Positions 50,150 to 61,556 are shown, numbered from the stretch's first letter. The stretch is DNA of 64,000 nucleotides from Camelus ferus (GCF_009834535.1 NC_045696.1:115942001-116006000), one strand, 5' to 3'. The notes: a model not told the origin generated them from the sequence alone. A program made the numbers and translations.

Positions 50150-50455
50150 TTACAGCATCATTTTCAGTGGGTATTCTACTGAACTTAATTGTGAGAAATA
50201 TTAAAAATATGAAAAGAGAGTTTGGAATCAAATACCTTTGGAAAAAGAAGGTGGTGTAAACAAACATGCAAATGTTTTCTACCGCAGAACAATTCAAACA
50301 CTTTAAGGTGCTAATAGATTCCTAATCTCCAAGATAGTGATATAATATGCAGTGGTTTCCCAAATGTAATTGATCATGGGATGCTGTTTTTCACAGAATT
50401 TCTATCAATAACACATAGAATTGGGTTATTTGGGACACAGTTTGGAAATTTTTGA
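50150..50455. mobile_element. MER112-like hAT-Charlie element
   Basis: ctttaaggtgctaat...aatctccaagatagtgatataatatgcagtggtttcccaaatgtaattgatcatggga...gggacacagtttggaaa. Confidence 0.6.
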
Positions 50456-50719
50456 GACAAATATGCAGACAAGTGATTCTATACATAAACATGCCAATAC
50501 AGTTGTAGACTGTAACTCAAAGGGTCAGGCTTTTATGTATAGTAAATTTATATTCAAAAACACATTATTGAATTGAGTTTGTTCTATATACACAGAAGAA
50601 GGAAACAGAAATTGTTCTAAGATGTTATAAGGACCAAACATTTTCAACTACTGAGTTTTTAGAAAATTACTCCAACACTAGAAAAAAAACATTTTGTCTT
50701 AAAAACTATGTTAGTTGGA

Positions 50720-51217
50720 CACTAACATAGTTATGCCATCTTTAGTCTCATTTACTGTTTGTACAGTTTCTTATTCTATCTTTTTGATTTAAACTTTCTG
50801 TATTATTCTATTTTAGACAAGGCTCAGTTCATAGCATGCAACTGGATATTTTTAAAATTCAGAGCACTACTCTCTTTTTTAATTGCAAAATTTAGTTCAT
50901 TTACACTTAGTGTAATTACTTACATAATTTGTTTTTAATCTATCATTGTTTTTGTGCTTTATACTTGAACCATCTTTTCCCTGTTCTTGCCTTCTTTTTG
51001 AACCATTTTCATATTGCTTTTATCACTCCATTTTTTTCCTCTCTACTAGTTTGAAAATTATAATAAAGAGTTTCTTTTTTTAGTGGTTATCCAAGGAATT
51101 AAAACTTGTATTTATAATTTATTATGTTCTAAGGTAAGTTGGAACTTTACCCTCCTCCAAGACAGCACATGGTCTATAGAATGCTGTAACTCTCTTTCCC
51201 AAATTATATGCTGTGGG

Positions 51218-51274
<57 letters not shown>

Positions 51275-51430
51275 CAGAAGTTTTTATACAGACAGTATTA
51301 ACATAGATATACCCACATACCACTTTTTTTGGTTTTCATTTCTTTTCATATCTTGTATCTTCAATGAGTAATTTTCCTTCTATCTGAAGTATATCATAAG
51401 AACTTCCTTTGCAAGGCAACTATGACAAAT
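50720..51430 (-). mobile_element. Old L1 (L1ME-like) fragment
   Basis: atagcatgcaactggatatt...ttagttcatttacacttagtgtaattact...ctctactagtttgaaaatt...ttagtggttatcc. Confidence 0.55.
51225..51270. repeat. (TG)23 microsatellite
   Basis: uninterrupted tg run. Confidence 0.97.
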
Positions 51431-52008
51431 TTTATGAGTATGGTCAGCCATAAACCCTTAAATCAGGGTTTATTTATAGGTTTACAGGAATGCAGACTAT
51501 ATGAACCTAGGCTGCAGAACCTCACAAGGGGTGGTTTACTTCAGTTTATAATTCACCGTGGAGAGAGTCTCCTACTTGATTCTGCTCACTGTGCAAGCTC
51601 TGGGCTTTCATTTCTATCTTTCTCATCCAGCAACGTCATTGAAAATAAAATGCTAATTTCCCCAAATGAACATACATTCACAGGGAAAATGCAATTTCAA
51701 GCCCTGTTTCTTTACCTTTCTGGGTTCCTATATTCACTTTAATTTTGGCCCAGTGATTTCAATCATTTTATTAGTTCTTTTGTGTCTTTGAGGATTTTAT
51801 TTTTATTTATTAATGTATTCATGTAACAAATGTTTAACAAATGAGCGCCAGGGATCCACCAAGCATGATGTTTGGCATGGAGAAATTTGATTGCGCCCCT
51901 GGCAAGATGTAGTTCATAATCAAAGGCTCACTGTGCAATTCAAACCCCTCCGTTGGAAGACATGGAAGACATAAAAAGAGAGAATACACCACAGAAAAAG
52001 ATCAGAGA

Positions 52009-52242
52009 AGCAGTGGAGTAGTGTTTAAGAGCACAGGCTCTGAAACGCTGTTTCCTACTCTTACCAGCCATTTGACCCTGGCCAAATTGCTTATTCTCTT
52101 GTGCCTGAGGCTCCTCACTTATAAAACGGGGCTAATTATAGTAACCACCTTATTGGGTTGCTGTGGTGATTAATTACACATATAAAGCTCTTAGAACATG
52201 TCTAAAACATTTAAGCCCTCGAAAACATTTAGCTGTTGTTAT
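52009..52242 (+). mobile_element. MIR SINE, near full length
   Basis: gtagtgtttaagagcacaggctctga...tgaccctggccaaattgcttattctcttgtgcctgaggctcctcacttataaaacgggg...aaagctcttagaaca. Confidence 0.85.
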
Positions 52243-52289
52243 ATTCTACACGTTAGAATGCCAACCAATTCTGCAGCATTCTTGATTTA

Positions 52290-52439
52290 AGATTTTTAAT
52301 CACCAACAGCCTTAAAAAGATCAACAATTTTGTGTAAGCTGAACTGGACATACATTCTGGGAATTTATCAACATGTGTTTTGTTTATTGTTCCTCCTTGG
52401 CATCAGGCAGTGGAGTTCATCTGGTCCAAAACTAAATAT
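52290..52439 (+). repeat. Copy 1 of a ~150-bp dispersed duplication (copy 2 at 55121-55267)
   Basis: core tttgtgtaagctgaactggacatacattctgggaatttatcaacatgt matches copy 2 at 42/48. Confidence 0.9.
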
Positions 52440-52484
52440 GCTAAATGTATTTTATCAGTCTCCTGTTTGGACCCCAGGTGGAGA

Positions 52485-52556
52485 GGGTTGAGTAATCATG
52501 CTAATTAGTTCATAGCACAGGTGTCTGGGGTTGAGTAATTATACTAATTAGCTCAT
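52485..52556. repeat. 29-bp direct repeat with 14-bp spacer
   Basis: gggttgagtaatcatgctaattagttcat (52485-52513) / gggttgagtaattatactaattagctcat (52528-52556), 3 mismatches. Confidence 0.9.
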
Positions 52557-52869
52557 CCATGCCATCCTCATTGGTTCCTGCAAGGTCCCTCACTTATTTA
52601 CATGCTTCCTTCGACCACCCTTTCTTATTTAAATTCTTCCCTCCCCAAGCAACTATTCTAGTGCTTAAAAAAAGTCTCCTTGAATTTGTGTGAATACTTG
52701 TGCAACACTTGGTGTGTATGTGATGAGCTAAATTTATAGCAATTCAAATCAACTCTAAAATGCGTATCCAAAGCCCTCTGCAGCACCGTGCACAACAAAG
52801 GCTCAACAGCCATCTCATGAACACAAATAACACTTCTGTGCCATCCGCCTAGCCAGCCAAGGCAGAGGA

Positions 52870-53366
52870 TTCAGAATGCCTTTCATTTCTCCATCTCTCT
52901 CAGCCCCCTCAACCACATGCTGCCAGACTTACCTTCGGCAAAATCCATCTCTTTCTCCCATCCCCACGGCTACTAAATTATTTCAAGCTATTGTCAACTT
53001 AATTCCTCACAAATGCATCAGCCCAATGTCTGTCCCCTGACGAATCTAAGCCCTGCACTGCCACCAGGATACTTTTTCTAAGTAAAATTCATTAAAATCA
53101 GATAGTTTGTGATTCTAACTTCATACTATCTAATAACTTCGCGTTGCTCATAGGATAAATTTTAAAATCTAGGGAAAGCTTTAAAAATACTTCAGATACT
53201 GTCCCTGACTTGAGGCTCACCCTTTTCTTCTAATGCTCCCCAAAACCTCCTCTGAAATACTTCCGGAACCTAGTCACCAGGCACTTCTGCACATCAGTGA
53301 TTGTGTTCATGCTGTATCCTCTACTTACAAGTTTCTTTCCTTGTACTCTCAGTGAATTTTTTCCCT
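52870..53366 (+). mobile_element. L2 fragment (continues after the L1 and LTR insertions)
   Basis: ccatctctttctcccatccccacggctac...ctgcactgccaccaggatactttttcta...gttgctcataggataaat...tgttcatgctgtatcctctact. Confidence 0.6.
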
Positions 53367-53379
53367 TAAATTCTGTTTT

Positions 53380-53911
53380 TTCTTTTTCTTTCCTTTTTTT
53401 TAATTGAAGTACAGTCAGCTACAATGTGTCAATTTCTGGTATACAGCACAATGTCCTAGTCATGTGTGTATATATAAATGTACACACACATATATCTATT
53501 TTCATATTGTTTTTCATTAAAAATTACAATATACTGAATATAGTTCCTCGTGCTATACAGAAGAAATTTGTTCTTTAATCTATTTATATATATATATATA
53601 TATATATCGGCTAACATTTGCAAATCTCCAACTCCCAAATTTATCCCTTCCCACCCTCTTCTCCCTGGTAACTGTAAGACTGTTTGCTATATCTGCGAGT
53701 CTCTTTCTGTTTTGTAGATGAGTTCACTAGTGTCCTCTTTTTCCTTTCTTTTTTTTTTTTTTAGATTCTACATATGAGTGATATCATATGGTATTTTTCT
53801 TTCTCTTTCTGGCTTACTTCACTTAGAATGACAATCTCCAGATCCATCCATGTTGCTGCAAATGCATTATTTTATCTTTTTATGGCTGAGTAGTATTCCA
53901 TTGCATAACTA
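53380..53911 (-). mobile_element. Young 5'-truncated L1 (camelid type) with 13-bp TSD
   Basis: poly-T then aattgaagtacagtcagctacaatgtgtcaatttctggt...; TSD taaattctgtttt at 53367-53379 and 53912-53924; TTT/AAAA endonuclease site on the minus strand. Confidence 0.95.
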
Positions 53912-54543
53912 TAAATTCTGTTTTAAATGGCATCTTCACTGAAATCTCTAAGCCTCCAACTGCTACCAACACTACCACCATCACTGCCCAGGAAAAAGTA
54001 CTCTCACCTCTGTTTCCTCAGAATTGTGTGCAGACCACCAGCACCACATCTCTCATATTATAGAGTTAGGATGATGTTCTAGGCTGAATCGTGTCCCCTA
54101 AGAAATTCATGCGTTGAAGTGCTAACCCCTGGTACCTCAGAGTGTGGCCGTATGTGCAGAGAGAATCTTTAGAGGTAATTAAAATCAGATCAGTTAGGAT
54201 GGGCCCTAATCCAAGATAACTGATAACCTTATAAGAGGAAATTTGGATGCAGATACATAGAGAGGGTGTTCTGCCTTCAGACTATTAAGTCAAGTCTTCC
54301 CTAGAGCTCCAGCCTGCTGGCCTGCTCTGTGGATTCTGGACTTGTCATCCACTACAAATAGGCAGTGCAGTTCCTTAAAATAAATCTCTCTCATTCTCTC
54401 TCTCTTTCTGTCGCTCTCTCTCTATATATACACACACACATATACTCACATACAGATAAATATACACACACATCCTATCTATATTGTGTGTATACACGTC
54501 ACACATAGACATATATACCTCCTAATATATATGCACATGTGTG

Positions 54544-54978
54544 CAAGCATACCTAGGAGATACTGCCAGTTTGGTTCCAGACCACAATAAAGTGAACATC
54601 ATAATAAAGCAAGTTGCGCAAATATTGTGGTTTCCCAGTGCACATAAAAGTTACTTTTATGTTATAATGTAGTCTACTAAGTTGTGCTTTAGCATTATGT
54701 CTTTTAACAGTGCATAATTTAAAAATACACAACAAAACAAGTTACAAAAGATCACAGATCATCCTAACATACATCATAATAATGAAAAAGTTTGAAATAT
54801 TGAGAGAATTACCAAAATACAACACAAAGGCATGAAGTGAGCTAATGCTGGAAAAATGATACCTATACACTTGCTCAATACAGGGTTGCCACAAACCTTC
54901 AATCTGTAAAAAATGCACTATCTGTGAATCACAATAAAGTGAATCACAATAAAGCGAATCACAAGCGAAGTCTTCCTG
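54544..54978 (-). mobile_element. Internally deleted Tigger1 derivative (TcMar-Tigger)
   Basis: caagcatacctaggagatactgccagtttggttccagacc...tttcccagtgcacataaaagtt joined to ...cagggttgccacaaaccttcaat...cacaataaagcgaa...cctg; both Tigger1 ends present. Confidence 0.85.
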
Positions 54979-55120
54979 GATACATTCCAATACATACATG
55001 TGTATATTAATGTATGTGTATATATATAGGGGTGTGAATATATACAAGCGTGTGTCTATGTATATATGTGTATTTATGCATGTACATGTATATATATATG
55101 TGTGTGTGTGTGTATGTATG

Positions 55121-55267
55121 AGATTTTTGAATATCTACAGTCTTAAAAAAATGACTTTGTGTAACCTGAGCTGGACATACATCCTGGCAATTAATCAAAA
55201 TGTAATTTCATTTATTATCCCCCATTTGGCATCAGACAGTGGAGTTTACCTGGTCCAAACTAAATAT
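55121..55267 (+). repeat. Copy 2 of the ~150-bp dispersed duplication
   Basis: agatttttgaat...tttgtgtaacctgagctggacatacatcctggcaattaatcaaaatgt...ttggcatcagacagtggagtttacctggtccaaactaaatat, flanked by TA/TG/CA repeats. Confidence 0.9.
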
Positions 55268-55569
55268 AAATATATATACATACATAAAATATACCTACAT
55301 ATGTACCTATACATACATGTGCATATATACAATGCATACATATACATTACATGTATTAGGTTAGACTGTATATGATGTGTATATATACACAATACACATA
55401 GGATGTTTATATATATATATCTAGATATATCTATAAATATGTTACAGACACAGACCTTCCTGGTTCTGGTTTTCTGGAGAACACTAACTAACACAGATGG
55501 CGTCTGTCTCATCCACTCAGTGTCAAGTTCTTAAGGTCAGAACCACATCTAATGAAATAAGATAATATA

Positions 55570-55780
55570 GTCAGATTAATTATGTGTGGGAACTTCGTCT
55601 CAGGCACTACTCTAATTTCTTTATATTGACTAATTTAATCCTTACAAATCCCATGAGAGAAATATTATCTGTGTTTTACTCATGAAGTTAAATAACGTGT
55701 CCAGACTTACTCAGCTAGAAAATCACAGAAGCAGACAGTCTGACTTGCAACCCCCATCTTACCACCATGCTAGACTATAA
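55570..55780 (-). mobile_element. MIR SINE
   Basis: caggcactactctaa...taatttaatccttacaaatcccatgaga...aagttaaataacgtgtccagacttactcagctagaaa. Confidence 0.7.
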
Positions 55781-56559
55781 ATCATTATGGAAATATTTTT
55801 ATTTTGTTAGAAACAAAATGGTATGTAACCCTATGCCTGGCACAATGTAGATATTCAATAAATGTTTGTTGAATAAATTATGAGTAACATTCCATAAAAT
55901 GTATAATTTAATAAATTATAAATTAATAATATTCTATACGCATAGATATTATACATTTATATATGTATATATTTACTCATAGCTGTAGATTAAACCATTT
56001 GAGAAGCATTGCTTCTGTTTCAAGGACAAAGTTATGGAATTCACAGCAGTATTTATTCATCTGCTCAATATTATATGGTGATAGATGGATTACAGGCATG
56101 CAAAGTGCTTTATAAGACCTAAGTGTCAAATGGTGACCTTTACTTGAAGTAGTTTAAGACCAGAATGAGATTACCAATGATCTTCTATCCTCCTAGCCAA
56201 TGAAGTAAATAAGGATTTTATCAAAGACTATTTTCTATTTTATCAAACAGAACTAAGTTATACCAGTATTCATAGCATGGTCAGTATTGATTTTATTTTG
56301 GAATGTTCCAAAATTTGTCCTTATGAACTTTAACCTGCTGTGAGTTTTTATAAATGCCAACAGAATGAATCTTTATTTTGTGCCTGGAGATTTGTTGGAA
56401 GGCAGAAAATGAAATTTTATCCAGATAGAGCTGTTAGAGGAACTGTCTTAAATCCTAGCATAGTAAAGATGGAATATAAGATATCAAACATTATAAACTA
56501 ACAGCTAAAGAACTGAGTAGGTTATTTAAACTTTTGCTGAGAAGTCACACAAAAACAAG

Positions 56560-57720
56560 AAACAACTGCATTTTGATCCCTGTCACTGTCTCTAAAGCTA
56601 TCAGAGAGGTGCACTGACCAGTACCGAACTGGAAAGAAACAAAACAAAAGCCTGACTGTTTTGACTCACTTGCTTCTCCACTCCGACTTTCTATACCCCT
56701 TATTGTCTGCACGGTGATTGTCCAGGCCTTCTGACAACTTGTGCAATTTGCCTTTTACTGTTCCTTTGATGTGAACAGTAACATATTAATTGCAACCATA
56801 AGCGCTTCTTCTGCCCTGCTGATAATCACCTTTGCCAACTGATGCTTCTCAGAATGTCAAAACGCAACCAGTAAAATTAAACACAAAGTGAAAACTTTCT
56901 CTACCCACCTCTCTCCCATTAACATAGTCTCAAAGCCTCTGTAACCTCAAGATTGTTGACAGACCACGAAGTTGCAGTTTTTAAACTATAGTGTAAAATC
57001 AGGAAAAACAACTTTTCCCCTCCCAGGAAGCCCTCCCTTCACCACCTCCACTGTTGCACATCCCGTCTTCCTTTCCTAACCCACTGATACCCAAGGGCTA
57101 GATCTGCCCGGAGGAATTAGCAGTGATCATTGCAATCTTGAAAGCAATCACTGCACCTGTTCAGCTCTCTGTTAGTGATGCAGTTATGCAGAGCAAGGGA
57201 GAAGCCAACCCAGACAGCAGAGCTTAGTAATGTCATCTTTTACCTTGAAACAAACATCTTGCTGTTTACAGTTTACGGTTAAGACGTACACATAGCATGT
57301 TCGGCATTTAGCATGTTTAATAGTGTTGACAATACCACTGCCCATACTGAATCTGGATACGAAGCAGGCAGAGAACTTACAGGCTTGTCACAATGTTACT
57401 GTGTTTACTAAAGAGGTTGCTAAGGACAGTAATAGCTCAACTATATCAAAACCTTATCTGGCAACATTACTATCCAGGATCTTCCAAGATCCAGGAATCA
57501 AACACATACAGAATGGCCTCTGAAGAAACAAAACTTGCCCCACCTTTTGTGTGTCTATTTGATATACTTATCAAATAGCACGGCCTCAGGCATCATTCAA
57601 TACCTAACATGTTCAGTCATTAGAATTTTCAACCTCAGAGTCAACAAAGAGAGGGGCTGCTATAGGCAGGAACACAAAAGCATTGAGCAATCATGTAACA
57701 ACAAAGAACTACAATAACAG
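56560..57720. promoter_or_regulatory. Repeat-free block with enhancer or promoter-like motif cluster
   Basis: AP-1 TGACTCA 56662-56668, TCF/LEF CCTTTGATG 56763-56771, forkhead TGTTTAC at 57263 and 57402; minus-strand donor CAA|gtgagt at 56670. Confidence 0.35.
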
Positions 57721-58001
57721 CCCCTCAATTATACTTTTATTATATAAAAATTCTAAAATTATTGCCATCCTATTGTAATATACACACATGGTGGATATAG
57801 AAAACAATGGAGGAAAATGCAGACCTTTAAAAGGAGACATGTTCTATTTACATGATGAATATCATTTATTTATACACCACTGCTTGATTATTTCCTCCCT
57901 CAGAAGACAGTCCCTCACTTAATGTTTTTCTTGGCATAGCCTGATCGCAGAATTATCTGCTTCATCATATCAGCATTTACATACTTCCCTTTGATGCTCA
58001 C

Positions 58002-58525
58002 TATCTCAGCTACCTAATGTTCTATAACAAACCAACTCAAAATGAAGTGGCTTACACACAGTGTTGTATTCTATTTCCCAATTCCATGGGCTAGCTAGGC
58101 TCAGCTGGAGAATTCTTACTAGTCAGCTGGGGTTACTCGTATATTGGGAGCTTAGCTAGGGCTGGAGGGTGCCTGGTGCCACATCCAGCAGGGCACATGG
58201 CTTGGGCAGTGGCTTGGGCGTGGTTTGGTGTGGCTGGGGCTGGCTGGCCTCTTTCTCCAGGTGGATTCACATCATTCAGTAGGTAGCCTAATCTGAGTCT
58301 CATTATGGCTCAGTTCTAAGAAGGTGAAAGCAGAAGCAGCAAGGCCTCTTAAGGCCCTGCCAAGAAGTCACAGTCATTTCTGTCATATCCTACTGGTAGA
58401 AGCAAGTCACAGGGCCAGTACAGATTCAAAAGAATGGAAAAGACATCACCTCCCAATCGGAAACACTGCATACATGGACAGAGAGGGGAGGAACTGCCAG
58501 CAGTCGGCTTTGTGTAAGAATCAAT
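58002..58525 (-). mobile_element. MaLR solo LTR (MLT1G/H-like)
   Basis: ataacaaaccaactcaaaatgaagtggctta...ggctcagctggagaattctt...caaggcctcttaaggcc...agcaagtcacagggccagtacagattcaa. Confidence 0.8.
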
Positions 58526-58899
58526 CGGTTATACTAACGCATTCCTTCAGATACCACAGATCTACGAGAGATGGGAAACAGTAAGTAAATGGCAAGATGT
58601 GAGGTCCAAGCAGGCAAGGTCAGCAAACAAGATATAGTCATCAAGGAAACTGGATGTGGTTGGATGGACTGATGATTGGACATAGTGTTTGGAGGGGAGT
58701 AAAGCCAGGAAAGCTTAAGGACAGCTGAGCATCCTTGGACCCAAAACAAAGGCAAGAGAACACATCCCAGTTTGGCTGATACTGCAATGGTGTAGACCTG
58801 TGGACTGATTACCCTTGAAGCTGTTTGCCCTCTATACTGTTCTAAGTAATGCTTATACTTTGTGCGCTAAGACCTACATATATTAATATTAGCGACAAA

Positions 58900-61030
58900 C
58901 CTCAAAGAAATGAGCTTTGCAGGGTAATGCAGAGTGAGAGAAGCTTGTTTCTGCTAAGTTCTAATCCAAAAAGTGACAGTTTTTTGTTACCCAAAAGACA
59001 AGCTAAGTACATGTTCAAGGCTCTAGCAAATGAGGGCCAACAACAAAAAATTCTTTTGATATTATTAAAGAAATTGAGAATATATTTAACAACAAAAAAG
59101 GAACCATATGGAGTTGGATTATAAAATCTTACTGAAGCATATAAAAAAGACCTAAACAGATATGTCACTTTGCAGCATCGAAAGTCTTAATAGCATAAAA
59201 ATTCAATTCTTTGCAAATTAATACATAAATTTAATGCACTTCCAACTAGAATCCATACAAAATTCTTTTTATAAATTGGATCAAAGTATCTGAAATGTTT
59301 AAATAATAATGAAAACTGAAGAGTAGGTGATAAAAAAAATGGAAGTAAAGAGTGCAGAAAGCCACCGTAATCAGGTCAATATCATATTAACAGTAAAAGA
59401 CAAATAATTCAAAGGAACAAAATAAAGAATCCAGGTGAACAAAATCACAATAAAAAATTAATGCATGTCAAAGAAAATATTTCAGTTTAATGGAGAAAAT
59501 GATGGATTATTTAATAAATGACACTGCACAATAAACTATCTAGAAGAAAATAAAATGAAGTATCTATCTTATAAACAAAAATAAATTCCAGGTGGATTAA
59601 AGACTTCAAATATAAAAAATAACAAAGTCATACAAGAAAATCTAAAATTAAGATTTGTGTAAATTATGAGGGGGTGGGGGAGTTCGCTTAAATCAAACTA
59701 GAAAAGCAGATTTCATACAATAAAAGGTAAACGTGTTTGACAAAATAATTTTTTAAGTTTTGTAATGTAAAAAATTGCAGAGCAAAGTCGAAGACAAATA
59801 GGAATATTAATACAGAAATATTCATACAGAAAACAGACTCAGAAGAAAGACCTTAAAATTATCAACATCACACAAAAACCCAACAAACAAATGGGCTAAG
59901 CGTTGAAGAGATAATTTACAGCAGTGGAAACCAGCATGGGTAATAAACGTAGGAAAAAGTGATCACCCTCACTAATAATCAGGAAAATAAAAATTAAAGT
60001 AACAACAAATACCACTTTGTAGCCATCAGATTGAGAAATACAAGAAGGACCTGTCTTTTCTTGGATTTCCTCTAAAGGAGACTCTGGACCAGGATCTATG
60101 TGCAGACGGTTTATTTGGAGCAGGGGTTGAGGGAGTAGGGGAATGAGACACAGAAGGAGGGAAAACTAATCAAAAGGGTCACTTTTGTTATGAAGATCAC
60201 CCCTGTGGGCAGCGGAGTCTCTATTCCATCAGCACCTCCTGAGAAGTGAAGAGATTATCTCGCAGAATTGTCCTGTTCAAAGAAAGGAGTTGCTCATACA
60301 CGCTGATGCAAGTCAAGAAAACCCTCGCCATCATCCAAGGCGTGGAAGAGCCTGGGGCAGAAAGTGAAGACATGGCAGGCACTTCTATTTAGAAGAGAGA
60401 AACTTGAAGTTATTTGAAACCTGAATATAATATCCGTTCCAGGCATGGATGAAATCTGAGATAAAGCCCAGAAGATTTGAGGTAGGGTACCAGATGTATT
60501 TTCTCCAAACTATCCATAATAACTCTTCCTGGCAGAGATGGGGTAAAATGGGTTTGCTTTCATCCACTGCCAGAGGGAATGTGTATTGTCACTGGCTTTT
60601 GTAAGAATATTTGACATCAGTTAAGACTAAAAATACATGTCTTCATTTGGCCAGAGAGCCCTCCTATGAAATCTGTCTTACAGAGACAAAGGCGTAAGTA
60701 CATAAAGATTAATGTAAAATGATGTTTATTATAGCCATCGTACAAAGTGGAGGAAAAAGAAACACGGTGGCGATCACACAGAGCAAGTTCAATTACTTTA
60801 CGTGTACATCATGGAATGTTATGCAACCACTGAAAGAATGAATTAAATGTCCAGCAATTGACCTGGAGAGATTTCCACAGTGTACTATTTTATGAGAAGT
60901 GATTTTTAAAACGTGCAAAAATAGAAACTTGTTTTTGTAAAAAGAGACCTCAGTTTTCTGAGGATATGTTTGTGATTAAAAGTATATGAAGAAAAACTGA
61001 AATGATACAAAGTTGTTCACGTGGGTTGCG
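58900..61030 (+). mobile_element. Degraded old L1 ORF2 and 3' region, interrupted by an LTR16-like element
   Basis: aaattaatacataaatttaatgcacttcca, gatggattatttaataaatg, aaaataaattccaggtggattaaagact and ctcactaataatcaggaaaat are L1 ORF2 landmarks. Confidence 0.75.
60052..60500 (-). mobile_element. ERVL LTR (LTR16-like)
   Basis: ggatttcctctaaaggagactctggaccaggatctatgtgcagacggtttatttggag...gaatgagacacagaagg...cacccctgtgggcagcggagtct. Confidence 0.65.
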
Positions 61031-61141
61031 AAGCTGGATAGGAGGAGGGATTGGTAGAAATGGTGTGTATGTGAGGGTGGGGGATCAAGTGAGACAACTG
61101 TAAAGGAGAGGAGCAGAAAGAGTTTTCCTAGCCTTAAGAAA

Positions 61142-61282
61142 GGGTGGAGGGTATAGCTCAGTGGTAGAGTGTGTGCTTACCATGCACAAGGTCCCGGGTT
61201 CAAGCCTCAGGACCTCCATTAAAAAATTAATAAGCAAATAAACCTAATTACCTCCCCCACCAAAAAATAAATTTAAAAAAAA
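61142..61282 (+). mobile_element. tRNA-Ala-derived camelid SINE (Vic-1 type)
   Basis: ggagggtatagctcagtggtagagtgtgtgcttaccatgcacaaggtcccgggttcaagcctcaggacctcca (A and B boxes intact), aaataaacctaattacctcccc tail; TSD core gttttccta(g/a)cct at 61122 and 61284. Confidence 0.92.
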
Positions 61283-61556
61283 GGTTTTCCTAACCTCAGA
61301 AAAATATTGTGATATCATTAATTTATGCATATAGTAAAAATATGTATGTTTCTAAGTAGTAATTTTTAAATAAAGCGTTATCATAATTATAATAGGAATA
61401 ATTTTAAAAGTTGATAGGATTTCCCTATACTTATTTTATGTTTTATAATATGCGTGAAGAATGGCAAACTATTACAAGCTTTTTGTCTGTGAGATTTGAA
61501 CAGGCGACCGCAGTACGAGCTCGGGCTTGGTAACACTCCTGTGCTGGGAGCAGTGA

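Larger units (their letters stand above)
54075..55495 (+). mobile_element. Composite LTR: MLT1B/C-like 5' part joined to MLT2-like 3' part
   Basis: tgttctaggctgaatcgtgtcccc...gggccctaatccaa (MLT1) to ~54268, then ctccagcctgctggcctgc...ttccttaaaataaatctctc...ggttttctggagaacactaactaacaca (MLT2); flanks gatga / gatgg. Confidence 0.75.

Noticed and set aside
61146..61218. tRNA-like sequence (also at 3664 and 28940)
   Set aside because: Followed by a SINE-specific tail and flanked by TSDs, with mismatched stems; these are SINE heads, not tRNA genes.
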